Positions 1 to 10,128 are shown, counted from the first letter of the stretch. The stretch is DNA of 64,000 bases from Flavobacteriales bacterium (GCA_016719225.1 JADKAN010000004.1:578707-642706); one strand, 5' to 3'. Notes: generated by a model from the sequence alone, not told the origin. Translations and numbers: made by a program.

Positions 1-812
1 TTGGCCTCCAGGGAATCGCGTTCGGTCTTCATCAGGTCGGAAACCACGTGCACGTAAGCCGTCCGCCCAAGGTCTTCTCCCAACTTAACGGTGATCTTGT
101 GGAAGTTGCTGCCCGGGTCTTCTTCCACGCGGAGCACCGTTCCTACGGGCACACCCCGCGGGAATACGCCGTCATCTCCTCGGGTAACCACGGTGTCGCC
201 GGGTGAAACGGGGACGTGGTTGGCCACATCGGTCAAGGAAGCACTGGAAGGGTCACTGGTGTCCCACTTCAACAATCCGAAGTGCCCGGTCCGCTTTAAT
301 TCCACGCTTGGGGCAAGCTCGTTACCAAGGATACTGGTGACCAAGGAGAAATGTGGACTTGTTTCGCGCACAACGCCCACAAGTCCGTTTACCCCGATAA
401 CGCCCATGTCGCGCCGGATGCCGTCCAAGCTGCCACTTCCGAGGGTGATGTAATTGCGTTCTTTTTGAACGTTCCCGTTCACCACCTGGGCGGTGATATA
501 GGCGAAGTTTTCCTTGCCTGCACTGTCGATCCGCGCAACTGTGCTATCGTCGTGCTGCGTTCCGCTGAATTTCCTTTCACGTTCCGCGGCCAGTGCCACT
601 GCCAATTCCCGGTTCACACGGCGCAGGTCCGTGAACCCCGTAACCTCGCTCCGCCATGTGTAAAGTTGCCCGACGACAGCATTACTGGAGCTGATCGCTT
701 GTGCACGGTGGTGCATGCTGCCGTTCACCAACAAGCTGAGCGAGATCCCCATAAGCAGCAGGAACAACAAGGAGTTGCTTTGGCGCACAAGGAATCGGAA
801 CAGGTCGCGCAT
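1..812 (-). CDS. mreC: rod shape-determining protein MreC (C-terminal end runs off the window)
   Basis: This gene is not in the ORF track because it has no stop codon in the window. A reverse-strand ATG at 812 opens an uninterrupted frame down to position 1. The translation is MRDLFRFLVRQSNSLLFLLLMGISLSLLVNG (N-terminal TM) ... GSLDGIRRDMGVIGVNGLVGVVRETSPHFSLVTSILG ... VSPGDTVVTRGDDGVFPRGVPVGTV, which is typical of MreC. It lies immediately downstream of mreB. Confidence 0.8.
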   Translation of the reverse strand, partial: MRDLFRFLVRQSNSLLFLLLMGISLSLLVNGSMHHRAQAISSSNAVVGQLYTWRSEVTGFTDLRRVNRELAVALAAERERKFSGTQHDDSTVARIDSAGKENFAYITAQVVNGNVQKERNYITLGSGSLDGIRRDMGVIGVNGLVGVVRETSPHFSLVTSILGNELAPSVELKRTGHFGLLKWDTSDPSSASLTDVANHVPVSPGDTVVTRGDDGVFPRGVPVGTVLRVEEDPGSNFHKITVKLGEDLGRTAYVHVVSDLMKTERDSLEA

Positions 813-918
813 CGTGCTCTCAGGTGGTCCTCCTCAGCGATCCGGGGCCTTTCGAGGGGTGGGTAACTTGCGGATCGTCGTCGGTCCGTGCCATGCAGGT
901 TGAAGCGTACATCGCCCC

Positions 919-1947
919 TTACTCCCGCATCAGGAATTGGAACCGGTCGATGTTGCGCAAGGCGATACCAGTACCCCGCGCAACGGCCCGCAATGGGTCT
1001 TCGCTGACATGGACCGGTAATTTCGTCTTGATGCTGATCCGCTTGTCCAATCCGCGCAGCAGCGCTCCGCCACCGGCGAGATAGATACCGGTCCGGTAGA
1101 TGTCGGCGCTAAGCTCCGGTGGTGTGCTCTCCAATGCGCTGAGGATGGCTTCTTCGATCTTGCTGATCGATTTGTCCAAGGCCTGGGCGATCTCCGAGTA
1201 GGTCACGGTGATCTCCTTCGGGATGCCCGTCATCAGGTCACGGCCGCGTACGGCGTAATCGGGTGGGGGATCGTCCAACTCCACCAATGCGCTTCCCACT
1301 TCGATCTTGATCTGCTCGGCCGTGCGCTCGCCCACCAGGATGTTGTGCTGACGCCGCATGTATTCTTCAATATCGCTGGTGAACTCATCACCGGCCACCC
1401 GGATGTTCTTGTCGCAGACTATGCCACCCAACGCGATCACGGCGATCTCCGAGGTTCCACCTCCGATGTCGATGATCATGTTGCCCATCGGCTCCTCCAC
1501 GTCAATACCGATGCCGATGGCCGCTGCCATCGGCTCGTGGATGAGGTAGACCTCTTTGGCCCCGGCATGCTCGCTGCTGTCCTTCACTGCGCGCTTTTCC
1601 ACTTCCGTGATGCCGCTGGGGATGCAGATCACCATGCGCAGGTTGGGCGTGAAGAGCCGGCGGCCGGGGTTGATCATTTTGATCATGCCCTTGATCATGT
1701 CCTCCGCCGCTTGGAAGTCCGCGATCACGCCGTCCTTCAAGGGCCTTACGGTCTTGATGTTCTCGTGCGTCTTGCCATGCATCTGCTGGGCTTGGCGGCC
1801 GATGGCGATCACCTTTCCAGTGGTGCGGTCTTTGGCCACGATGCTCGGCTCGTCCACCACGACCTTGTCGTTGTAGATGATAAGCGTGTTGGCGGTGCCA
1901 AGATCGATCGCGATCTCTTGTGTGAAAAATCCGGAGAACCAGCCCAT
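919..1947 (-). CDS. mreB: rod shape-determining protein MreB (actin-like ATPase)
   Basis: From ORF 919..1989. Motifs IAIDLGTANTL, DIGGGTSEIAV and LAGGGALLRGL are present. The start is trimmed to Met15 (MGWFSGFF) because the purH stop lies at 1956. Confidence 0.93.
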   Translation of the reverse strand: MGWFSGFFTQEIAIDLGTANTLIIYNDKVVVDEPSIVAKDRTTGKVIAIGRQAQQMHGKTHENIKTVRPLKDGVIADFQAAEDMIKGMIKMINPGRRLFTPNLRMVICIPSGITEVEKRAVKDSSEHAGAKEVYLIHEPMAAAIGIGIDVEEPMGNMIIDIGGGTSEIAVIALGGIVCDKNIRVAGDEFTSDIEEYMRRQHNILVGERTAEQIKIEVGSALVELDDPPPDYAVRGRDLMTGIPKEITVTYSEIAQALDKSISKIEEAILSALESTPPELSADIYRTGIYLAGGGALLRGLDKRISIKTKLPVHVSEDPLRAVARGTGIALRNIDRFQFLMRE

Positions 1948-1955
1948 GTTGGGTG

Positions 1956-3497
1956 TCAATGTTTGAAGTGTCTGTTGCCAGTGATGCACATGGCGATTCC
2001 GAGATCATTACAGGCGTCGATGCTATCCCGGTCCCGGATGCTGCCTCCCGGTTGTACGATGGAACGGATGCCCGCGTTCGCGGCTATGGTCACGCAATCA
2101 GGGAACGGGAAGAAAGCGTCGCTCGCCATCACTGCGCCCTGTAGGTCGAAATTGAACTTCTTGGCCTTGGCAATGGCCTGCTCCAAGGCATCCACGCGAC
2201 TGGTCTGGCCGGTACCGCTGCCCAATAGTTGCAAGGCTTTTGCCAAGATGATCGCGTTGCTTTTCGTGTGCTTCACCAGGATATTGGCGAATTCGAGGTC
2301 TTGCAGATCAGTGGCGGTGGGCTTTTTATCGGTCACCCCCTCCATGTTCACCGCGCGGTCCACAACATGGTCCGGAGTTTGCGCCAGCGTACCGTTGAGG
2401 GCGGTGCGGAACTTGCGCGTGGGCCGGTCCACAGGGCTCTTCTTCAGGATGATCCGGTTCTTCTTCTTCCGCAGGATGTCCAAGGCGGCGGGTTCGTAGC
2501 CCGGTGCGCAGATGATCTCGAAGAAAAGCGCATCGATCGCAGTAGCCGTGGACGCATCGATCACCGCCGTGGTGATGAGCACACCGCCGAACGCGCTGAC
2601 GGGATCGCCTGCCAAAGCGGCTTCCCAAGCTTCCTTCAGCGTGGGTCGCAGTGCAGCTCCACAGGCATTGTTATGTTTCAGGATGCAGAAGGGAACGCCG
2701 GGTAACAGGGCTAGATCGTCCACCAATTCCACCGCGGCATCCAGATCCAGCAGGTTGTTATAGCTGAGTTCTTTTCCATTGAGCCGCTCGAACATGCCGT
2801 CGAGGTCGCCGATGAAGCTGGCCGGTTGGTGCGGGTTTTCGCCGTAGCGTAGTGGGTGCACGGGCTGGCCGGCCAAGGGAGGACCTTCGTTCCCGTTCCC
2901 GTTCCCGATGAACCACGCGTTGATAGCCTGATCGTAGCGCGCGCTTTCACCGAAGGCATGTGTGGCGAAGGCTTTGCGCTGCGCCAAAGTGGTGCTGCCA
3001 TTTTGCTCGCGCAACATCCGCAGCGCTTCTGCATAGTGCTGTTGCGCGGGCACGATCAGTACGTCGTTGAAATTCTTCGCAGCCGCCCTGATCAAGGAGA
3101 TCCCACCGATATCGATCTTTTCGATGATCTCCTCGTCGCTTCCGCCTGCGGCCACCGTCGCTTCGAATGGGTAGAGGTCCACGATCACCAGGTCGATAGG
3201 AGGTATGGCATGCTCTTCCAGTTGCGCCACATCGCTTTCCAAACCCCGACGGCCCAAAATGCCACCGAAGACCTTGGGGTGCAACGTCTTTACACGGCCG
3301 CCCAAAATGCTCGGGAAGGTGGTGAGTTCCTCTACCGGCGTCACTGGGATGTTGAGCCCCTCGATGAACGCCCTTGTGCCACCCGTGCTGTACAAATGCA
3401 CACCGAGCCGGTGCAATTCCTGCACGACCGGCTTCAAGCCGTCCTTGTGGAATACCGAGATCAGTGCGCTTTCGATGCGCTTTGTAGGTGCAGGCAT
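1956..3497 (-). CDS. purH: bifunctional IMP cyclohydrolase / AICAR formyltransferase PurH
   Basis: 513 aa. The N-terminus reads RIESALISVFHKDGL...YSTGGT (MGS-like domain). The C-terminal AICARFT region contains ILKHNNACG and QPGGSIRD. Confidence 0.95.
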   Translation of the reverse strand: MPAPTKRIESALISVFHKDGLKPVVQELHRLGVHLYSTGGTRAFIEGLNIPVTPVEELTTFPSILGGRVKTLHPKVFGGILGRRGLESDVAQLEEHAIPPIDLVIVDLYPFEATVAAGGSDEEIIEKIDIGGISLIRAAAKNFNDVLIVPAQQHYAEALRMLREQNGSTTLAQRKAFATHAFGESARYDQAINAWFIGNGNGNEGPPLAGQPVHPLRYGENPHQPASFIGDLDGMFERLNGKELSYNNLLDLDAAVELVDDLALLPGVPFCILKHNNACGAALRPTLKEAWEAALAGDPVSAFGGVLITTAVIDASTATAIDALFFEIICAPGYEPAALDILRKKKNRIILKKSPVDRPTRKFRTALNGTLAQTPDHVVDRAVNMEGVTDKKPTATDLQDLEFANILVKHTKSNAIILAKALQLLGSGTGQTSRVDALEQAIAKAKKFNFDLQGAVMASDAFFPFPDCVTIAANAGIRSIVQPGGSIRDRDSIDACNDLGIAMCITGNRHFKH

Positions 3498-3676
3498 ACC
3501 CGGCTAAGGTTGCGCAAGTTTACCTGTGAACCAAGGTTGCAAAGGGTTGCGATCCAACGGCTTTTCAGCAGTGTTACCAACATCTTTGGAATTTTTTTCG
3601 ATAGCGGAACGCTGCGTTCCTGTCCCCGGGCAAGGTGGTAATTGTGGATCGCGCGCCCTTAAAAGCGCCTGTCTTT

Positions 3677-4357
3677 TCAAAAGCGCAGGCCTATGCCTAC
3701 CAGGAGGTTCACCGCGTCAGTGTTGCTGTTCAGCGTGTTGAAGCCCACATTACCAGTGCCGTCCACCACGATGGATGCCGGGTCCACAGAGCTGGCATTC
3801 CCGCTGTTGAAACGCTCTACACGGGCTTCGATGTAGCCGATGCCGCCCAAACCCACCATGAGCCCCGCGGCCCATCCGGTGCTGAACGCGAAGTCGTTCG
3901 CGTTCCGCTCGCGGCTCAATGGGTTTTCAAGACCATCCACGGACACCGTGCTTAAGGTCGTGAATTGCCGGACCCCCACCATTCCGTCCACGTACGGCCG
4001 GACTTTTCCTTTAAAGGGGCTGAAACGCAAAAGCGGATGGTAACTGAGCACTTTGGCTTTCACCGCCAAGGTGCCTTCCGTGGCTGTGAGGGCGGGATCG
4101 GGAACGGGCACCGTGGCAACGCTACGGCCCATGATGCCATAGTCGAAGGCGAAGCCACCCTGGAATGGAAGACGGCCCATGCGCGCGGCGAATTGCCCAC
4201 CGAACGTGAACATGTCCTTGCCCCATGTGTTGGCGAATTCACCCGTGGGTACGCTGATGCCGGCCGTGCCGCCAAGAACGCCTTGGAAGCCGGGTACCTG
4301 CGCCGCTGCGAACGGGGCCGTGAAGGGAATGAAGAGAAGGAGTTGAAGGGTCCGCAT
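3677..4357 (-). CDS. outer-membrane beta-barrel protein (porin-family, uncharacterised)
   Basis: Signal peptide MRTLQLLLFIPFTAPFAAAQ. The sequence has alternating aromatic/glycine beta-strand patterns and a C-terminal ...VGIGLRF ending in Phe, as in OMPs. Confidence 0.6.
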   Translation of the reverse strand: MRTLQLLLFIPFTAPFAAAQVPGFQGVLGGTAGISVPTGEFANTWGKDMFTFGGQFAARMGRLPFQGGFAFDYGIMGRSVATVPVPDPALTATEGTLAVKAKVLSYHPLLRFSPFKGKVRPYVDGMVGVRQFTTLSTVSVDGLENPLSRERNANDFAFSTGWAAGLMVGLGGIGYIEARVERFNSGNASSVDPASIVVDGTGNVGFNTLNSNTDAVNLLVGIGLRF

Positions 4358-4417
4358 GGCAATGGCGTTCCAGCCGTATTAACGGATCCCGTGCCGAACT
4401 TCGCATCTTCGCGCCGA

Positions 4418-4864
4418 ATGGAGCTTTTCGCAGGTTGGGCCAATGCCGGGTTGCCCGCACTTTTCCTGGCCTGCTTCCTGGCCGCGACGATCCTTCCGTT
4501 CAGCTCCGAAGCACTCCTGCTGGCCATGGCGTTGGGCCCTTGGGCTACTTGGTCACTGTTGGCCACAGCGAGCATCGGTAACACGCTGGGCGGGGTGATG
4601 AATTACGCGATCGGACGATGGGTGCCGGAAGAAAAGCTGATGCGGCGTTTCAAGGTGGATCCTGCGAAAGCTGCACGTTGGAATGCCTTGGTACAGCGCT
4701 ATGGCGCTTGGTGCGCGTTGTTATGCTGGCTGCCCGTGATCGGTGATCCGATCGCCATTGCCCTAGGGATCTTCCGGGCCAGGTTCTGGCCTGTTGTTCT
4801 GCTGATGCTGGTGGGTAAAGCCGCGCGGTATGCTGTGCTGATCGGTGCTGTGCGCATGTGGTGA
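4418..4864 (+). CDS. YqaA/DedA-like (SNARE-associated) inner-membrane protein
   Basis: This is the 3' part of ORF 3965..4864. The start is set at MELFAGWANAGLPALFLACFLAATILPFSSEALLL (ATG at 4418). The upstream part of the ORF is antisense to the OMP gene. There are four hydrophobic segments, and ...LCWLPVIGDPIAIALG is typical of the family. Confidence 0.65.
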   Translation: MELFAGWANAGLPALFLACFLAATILPFSSEALLLAMALGPWATWSLLATASIGNTLGGVMNYAIGRWVPEEKLMRRFKVDPAKAARWNALVQRYGAWCALLCWLPVIGDPIAIALGIFRARFWPVVLLMLVGKAARYAVLIGAVRMW

Positions 4865-4974
4865 TCGGCACGGGAAAGCTATCCGGGCTGATCGCATAAC
4901 CCAAGGTTCACGTTAAGGTAATGTCCCGTTCGGCTCCGAAATCGTCAATTTGCACCACCAAGGATAAGAGGACC

Positions 4975-5661
4975 ATGACAAGTGCAATGGCGAAGAAGGT
5001 GTTACTGGTGGACGATGAGGAGGACATTATCGATCTGCTTCGGTATAACCTTGAGCGTGAAGGCATACAGGTGGTATCCGCCACGAACGGGAACGAAGCC
5101 TTGAAATTGGCGATGACGGAACGTCCCGACCTGGTTGTATTGGACATCATGATGCCGGGCATGGATGGCGTGGAAGTATGCAACGAACTCCGCAGGACAC
5201 CGGGTCTTGAGGATACGTTGATCGTATTCCTTACTGCTCGCACCGAGGATTATTCACACATCGCAGGTTATGAGGCGGGTGGTGATGATTACATCAACAA
5301 ACCGGTGCGTCCCAAGGTTTTCGTGAACAAGGTGCAGGCACTGTTAAAGCGCACGCGCGGCGGCCAAGTTGCCCATTCCATTATTGAGGCGAACGGTATC
5401 CGTATGGATCTGGAACGGATCACGGTGACCACGGGCGAGGAGGTGCTGCAGCTCCCTAAAAAGGAATTTGAACTGCTGGCGCTCCTGATGAGCAAGCCCG
5501 GCAAGGTGTTCAAGCGCGACGAGATCTACGCACACGTCTGGGGGAACGACATCTTCGTCGGGGATCGGACCATCGACGTCCACATCCGCAAATTGCGCGA
5601 GAAGATCGGTGATGACCGCATCGGCACGGTGAAGGGAATGGGCTACAAGTTCGAGGCTTAG
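4975..5661 (+). CDS. OmpR/PhoB-family response regulator (receiver + winged-helix)
   Basis: The receiver domain reads KKVLLVDDEEDI...LVVLDIMMPGMDG. The C-terminal winged helix reads LPKKEFELLALLMSKPGKVFKRDEIYAHVWG...TIDVHIRKLREKI...GMGYKF. The start could be 4975 or 4987. Confidence 0.9.
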   Translation: MTSAMAKKVLLVDDEEDIIDLLRYNLEREGIQVVSATNGNEALKLAMTERPDLVVLDIMMPGMDGVEVCNELRRTPGLEDTLIVFLTARTEDYSHIAGYEAGGDDYINKPVRPKVFVNKVQALLKRTRGGQVAHSIIEANGIRMDLERITVTTGEEVLQLPKKEFELLALLMSKPGKVFKRDEIYAHVWGNDIFVGDRTIDVHIRKLREKIGDDRIGTVKGMGYKFEA

Positions 5662-5663
5662 CC

Positions 5664-7352
5664 TTACAGCCGTCCGGCCAATGCTTCGCTGACGTTCATG
5701 ATGTGATCACCGAGCTTTTCACAGCTAGTGATCAGGTCGCTGTAGATCATTCCGGTACGCAGGTTCTGGTCCCCACTGTCCATGTCCTTCAACTGTCCTC
5801 GCCTCAATTGATCGCGTCGGATGTTGATATACCGCTCCGCAAGCATTGCTTGATCCAATGATATGTCCTGCTCCTCAGCATCCAGGTTGCGGACCATCAC
5901 AAGGAAAGCGCGGTCCACAAGCGCCATCAAGTCCAATAATTCCTGCCGTTGTTCCGGGGTGAACCAAAGGCGTTCATCGTGCTTGCGCTCCAGCCCCTTG
6001 CCCATGTGGAGCAGGACGTCACCCATGCGTTCCAGATCACCGATGATCGACAGCATGCCACGTATACGCACGCTCACGGACTCTTCACGGACCTCAGCCC
6101 CTGTGCGGGTGAGGAAACGGCCAATTTCATTCTTAACACGACCGGTTATCGAAGCGTATTTGGCGATCCGCTGCATCAACAAGGCCCGCTCACGCGGGTC
6201 GGCTTCCACCAGAAGTTCGCGCAACATGCCCAGCATACGATGGCCAAGCCGTCCGAATTTGGCGATCTCCTTCTTCGCCTCCATCAAGGAAAGTTCCGGG
6301 GTCACCGCCATCATCGGATCTTCCAAGTATTCCAACCGGAACTCCTCATCGGGAACCCGGTGCACGGGCACCATCCGGATAACGGCCTTTTCGATCCAAG
6401 GGACGAACTGAAGCAGGATGATGCCGTTCACCAGGTTGAAGGTGAAGTGCAAATACGTCAACGACCACTTCAGGACGGTCGGATCGGTGCGTGGGTCCGC
6501 CCCGTTCAAGACCTCCGTGAGGGATACGATGCCTGCGAGGAACGGTTTGAACACCACAAGGGCCATAGCCACGCCCACCAATTTGATCAGCAAGTGGGCC
6601 CGTGCCGCCCGCTTGGCCCATGCGTTCCCCGCCAGCGCCGCAATGTTGGCGGTGAACGTTGTGCCGATATTCTCGCCGAGCACAAGGGCCGCACCTGTCG
6701 CGTAGCCGATGGTGCCGGCCTCGCATAGAGCGACCGTGAGGACCAACGCCACGCTTGAGGATTGAATGGTGATCGCCAACAACGCACCGATGCCCACAAA
6801 AAGAAGGTCGGACAGGATACCATGGCCCTCCCAAGCTTTCAGGAAGGCCAACGCATCCGCAGTGGGAGGCGGCACGTTGTCTTTCAACAGCCCAAGGGCG
6901 AGGAAGAGCAAGGCTGTTCCGATCAGCAGGTTGCTCGTCGCTTTGATCCTCGGGTCCCGCATGAAAAGCAGTGGAAGGGCCAAGCCCATCAGCGGAAGCG
7001 CGATGTCGGGGAGTTGGAGCGTGGAGAACCCCACGGCCACGAAGAGGAGCAACTTCAACGTGGTGCCGATGTTGGCCCCGATCAGTACTGGAATGGCTTT
7101 GCGCAAGGTGAGCAGGCCGGAATTGACGAAGCTTACCACCATCACCGACACCACGGAAGAGTATTGGACGATCGCCGTGGTGGAGATACCGGTGAACACA
7201 CCGCGTAAGCGGTCCCGGGTCATCGTGTCCAGTATGCGCCGCATGCGCGCACCGGCCATCTGCTGAAGGCCTTCGCTCATCAACTTCATCCCGAAGACCA
7301 GGAGCCCGAGGGAACCCGCGAGCATCAGGAATTGGAGGAGGCCGAAGTGCAT
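5664..7352 (-). CDS. Na+/phosphate symporter family protein (NptA-type membrane domain fused to PhoU-like C-terminal domain)
   Basis: 562 aa. The N-terminal half is polytopic (GANIGTT repeated twice, typical of Na/Pi cotransporters). The soluble C-terminal half is helical and carries E..GD..L / LGDHI PhoU-like motifs. Confidence 0.85.
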   Translation of the reverse strand: MHFGLLQFLMLAGSLGLLVFGMKLMSEGLQQMAGARMRRILDTMTRDRLRGVFTGISTTAIVQYSSVVSVMVVSFVNSGLLTLRKAIPVLIGANIGTTLKLLLFVAVGFSTLQLPDIALPLMGLALPLLFMRDPRIKATSNLLIGTALLFLALGLLKDNVPPPTADALAFLKAWEGHGILSDLLFVGIGALLAITIQSSSVALVLTVALCEAGTIGYATGAALVLGENIGTTFTANIAALAGNAWAKRAARAHLLIKLVGVAMALVVFKPFLAGIVSLTEVLNGADPRTDPTVLKWSLTYLHFTFNLVNGIILLQFVPWIEKAVIRMVPVHRVPDEEFRLEYLEDPMMAVTPELSLMEAKKEIAKFGRLGHRMLGMLRELLVEADPRERALLMQRIAKYASITGRVKNEIGRFLTRTGAEVREESVSVRIRGMLSIIGDLERMGDVLLHMGKGLERKHDERLWFTPEQRQELLDLMALVDRAFLVMVRNLDAEEQDISLDQAMLAERYINIRRDQLRRGQLKDMDSGDQNLRTGMIYSDLITSCEKLGDHIMNVSEALAGRL

Positions 7353-7455
7353 GGAACTTGAAAAAGGAACGCGAAATTACCTTGCCTATGTTGCCTTTGC
7401 GTTAAGTGCGATCTTTCGCTGTAGCTCCAATGTCCACAAGGCTTTCCCGTGCACC

Positions 7456-8511
7456 ATGCCGCTACCTTTGGCCGGAATGACGCCGCGCTCACCCTTCGCA
7501 ATATCACTGATGATGGCCGTGCTGGCCTCATTGGCAGTAGTAGCTGCCTTGCACCTTTTTCCAGCATTAGGCGGTACCGAAGTACCAATGCCCTTGATCG
7601 CCTTCACTGTGCTTGCCGTGTTCGTTGTCGCAGGTATAGGCGGCTATGTGTTCGTAAAGCGTTTCGTGCAAGCGCGTGTCGACCTGATCCACCGCACCGT
7701 GCATGGGGCACGTAGTGTTGGTGCGGGTTCTGTCAAGGCACCGAACGGCGACCTACTCGCGTTGGATGCCGAGGTGTCGGCTTGGGCCGGGAGCAAGCGT
7801 TCGGAAGTCCTTGAACTGCGGGAGCGCGAACGGTTCCGTCGGGAGTTCATCGGCAATCTTGCCCATGAGCTGCGCACTCCCACATTCAGTATACAAGGCT
7901 ATATCCTTACACTCTTGGAAGGGGGGCTGGAAGACCCGAAGGTGAACAGGAAATTCCTTGAACGCGCGAGCAGTGGCACCGAACGGATGGTCCGCATCAT
8001 CGAGGACCTGGACCTCATTACCCAATTGGAAAGTGGTGTTATCGGGATAGCTGCGGAACCCATGGACCTTCGTAAGCTGGTGCAGGAGATGATGGATGAC
8101 CTGCGCATTCCGGCACAGCAACGCAGAGTGACGTTGCACAACGCCATGCAGGATGAAGTCCTTGTACACGCCGACAGGGACCGCTTGGCGCAGGTCCTGC
8201 TCAATTTGCTGAACAACGCCATCCATTATGGAAAGGAGGGAGGCAGCTGCACGGTGCGCGCCTTCGATATCGGGGAACAGGTGCTGGTGGAAGTGGAGGA
8301 CAACGGACCGGGCATCGCTGCGGAACACCTGCCGCGTTTGTTCGAGCGCTTTTACCGGGTGGGTAAAAGCCGCGCACGGAACGAAGGCGGAACGGGCCTG
8401 GGGCTTTCTATCGTGAAGCACATTATTGAGTCGCACGGCGGCACCATCGCGGTGAAGAGTACTGAAGGGCAGGGTACAACATTCAGTTTTACATTGCCTG
8501 CAGCGCGTTGA
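7456..8511 (+). CDS. sensor histidine kinase (PhoR-like)
   Basis: There are two N-terminal TM helices. The H-box is FIGNLAHELRTP, the N-box LLNLLNNAIHY, and the G-boxes EDNGPGI and GGTGLGLSIVKHI. The start is uncertain (7456 or 7476; the ORF track maximum is 7351). Confidence 0.9.
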   Translation: MPLPLAGMTPRSPFAISLMMAVLASLAVVAALHLFPALGGTEVPMPLIAFTVLAVFVVAGIGGYVFVKRFVQARVDLIHRTVHGARSVGAGSVKAPNGDLLALDAEVSAWAGSKRSEVLELRERERFRREFIGNLAHELRTPTFSIQGYILTLLEGGLEDPKVNRKFLERASSGTERMVRIIEDLDLITQLESGVIGIAAEPMDLRKLVQEMMDDLRIPAQQRRVTLHNAMQDEVLVHADRDRLAQVLLNLLNNAIHYGKEGGSCTVRAFDIGEQVLVEVEDNGPGIAAEHLPRLFERFYRVGKSRARNEGGTGLGLSIVKHIIESHGGTIAVKSTEGQGTTFSFTLPAAR

Positions 8512-8530
8512 ACATCTTGTCTTGACCGGT

Positions 8531-8575
8531 AAAAAAAGAAAGCCCGCCGTGCGTTACGCACAGCGGGCTTTTTTG
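8531..8575. terminator. bidirectional rho-independent terminator between convergent genes
   Basis: Sequence AAAAAAAGAAA-GCCCGCCGTGCG-TTAC-GCACAGCGGGC-TTTTTT. It forms a GC-rich stem of about 11 bp, flanked by an A-run and a T-run, between the kinase stop (8511) and the lipoprotein stop (8598). Confidence 0.75.
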
Positions 8576-8597
8576 GAAGGCTCCTTCGGCAAGGCGC

Positions 8598-9995
8598 TTA
8601 GTAGGCCGTGTTCTGTGGATCCCAGTTGCACCAACCGGCGGTCCAATCCTGTGTGCCGAAAGCACCACGGAACGTGACCTGTTGGAAGAAAGGGTCGCTC
8701 GCATGTCCAGTGAAATCGGCGCCACTTAGCAACGGTGAGCCACCGTTCGGTAGCAATACAGGTGCATTCAGGGCTATGGGAGTGGACAAGCCCAGATCGC
8801 TCACATTGGGTAGCACGCTATTGCCCCAACCGTTGGTATTGAACCAGGACGTGATGTCGAACGTGCTTCCGCTAGCGGTTTCCAATGCACTTGGGCAGCC
8901 CGCAACAACACAGCCGTGGATCTGTAGGTCGTTGTTCGCAGCATCGGCCTCGGTCAGCGTTCCGTCCAAGAGGATCCCCGTGGGGTAGCCTGCGAACACC
9001 GTGTTGTAAGCGTTGCAACGGCTGTTGCGTCGGATGTGCGCCGCGCGCTTGAACTGGGTGTTCGGTGTACCGCCGGAAACCGCGTACGGACCGAAGAAGG
9101 TGACGTTGCTGAAGATCGGCATGGTGTAAGGTGCTGCGGTGGAACCACTGGCATCGTTGTCGCTCTCGAAACCATTGCTTCCGCTTTGATCCGCGATGGA
9201 TGGATCACGAAGTCCGAGGCAGAACTGCCCTTTCCCGCGGAAACCGTTGTCCGTGTCGAAATCATCGTCCCAACCTCGGAACGCCACGATGTTCCTCACG
9301 TTCACCGTTCCACCGAACCACTCATAGCTGTCGTCGCCGCTGTAGCTCACTTGGATGTGATCGATGGTGGTGCCGCTGCCCACTGCCCCCAAGGTCAGGC
9401 CATTGATCTCCTGGTTGGGTTGCAGCGCGATGCCCGGGAATTCGATGCGCACGTATTGCATCGTACCGCTGTTGTCCGCGTCGTTCGGGCTGCTGCCACC
9501 ACCGTAGTACGCATCCGGACCTCCTTCAACGGTCGCTTCACCTCCCGGCTGGTTGTTGTTCGCCCGCCCGCAAAGGATGATACCTCCCCAATCCCCGTAA
9601 TCACGGCTGCCCGCCGCCTGATTGCTGGTGAATACGATCGGTTGAGTGCTCGTACCCGTCGCGTTGATCTTCGCGCCCCGCTTGATGATCAAGGTGCCTT
9701 TGCTGTTCTTGTCCCCTTTGATCACCGTTCCCGGCTCAATGGTCAGGGTGGCGCCATCCTCCACATAGACGAATCCTTGGAGCAGCCACTGCTTGTTGCT
9801 GGTGAAGGTAAAGCTGGCCGACGAAGAGCCTTCCACCTTATTGGTGTTGTTGCCGAGGTCGGTGATGGTGAAGGCCGAAGCGGAGGTCGGCGGGGTGATC
9901 GGCGCTGTGGGGTCGTCCTTCTTACAGGCTGCCAACGTGATCAGGGCAACGCCGAGGAGCGAGCCGAGGATCTGCTTTTTGTTGAGGGAATTCAT
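8598..9995 (-). CDS. surface lipoprotein, uncharacterised (parallel-beta-helix-like), partner of the upstream TonB-dependent receptor
   Basis: Lipobox MNSLNKKQILGSLLGVALITLAAC (start trimmed to Met14). The body is rich in Gly/Asn/Asp/Thr, including ...YSGDDSYEWFGGTVNVRNIVAF...DDDFDTDNGF.... The C-terminus is ...WTAGWCNWDPQNTAY. It lies directly downstream of the TBDR on the same strand. Confidence 0.6.
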   Translation of the reverse strand: MNSLNKKQILGSLLGVALITLAACKKDDPTAPITPPTSASAFTITDLGNNTNKVEGSSSASFTFTSNKQWLLQGFVYVEDGATLTIEPGTVIKGDKNSKGTLIIKRGAKINATGTSTQPIVFTSNQAAGSRDYGDWGGIILCGRANNNQPGGEATVEGGPDAYYGGGSSPNDADNSGTMQYVRIEFPGIALQPNQEINGLTLGAVGSGTTIDHIQVSYSGDDSYEWFGGTVNVRNIVAFRGWDDDFDTDNGFRGKGQFCLGLRDPSIADQSGSNGFESDNDASGSTAAPYTMPIFSNVTFFGPYAVSGGTPNTQFKRAAHIRRNSRCNAYNTVFAGYPTGILLDGTLTEADAANNDLQIHGCVVAGCPSALETASGSTFDITSWFNTNGWGNSVLPNVSDLGLSTPIALNAPVLLPNGGSPLLSGADFTGHASDPFFQQVTFRGAFGTQDWTAGWCNWDPQNTAY

Positions 9996-10128
9996 CTTTC
10001 CTTTTGATGTTTTGTTTTTACACCACAAAGGCACCGCTCACATGTTGCTTGAATGTGCGCTGGACTTTACGAGATCGTTCCGTTGCATCACCATGGTGTT
10101 AAGCCTGTGCTGGTAAGGGGGAAAGCAC

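Noticed and set aside
1345-2499. 384-aa plus-strand ORF spanning mreB and purH. The same reasoning applies to 2856..3641, 53515..54222, 53738..54664 and 54357..55193.
   Set aside because: They cross the boundaries of real genes on the opposite strand or in another frame, and have no motifs. They are artefacts of low stop-codon density.
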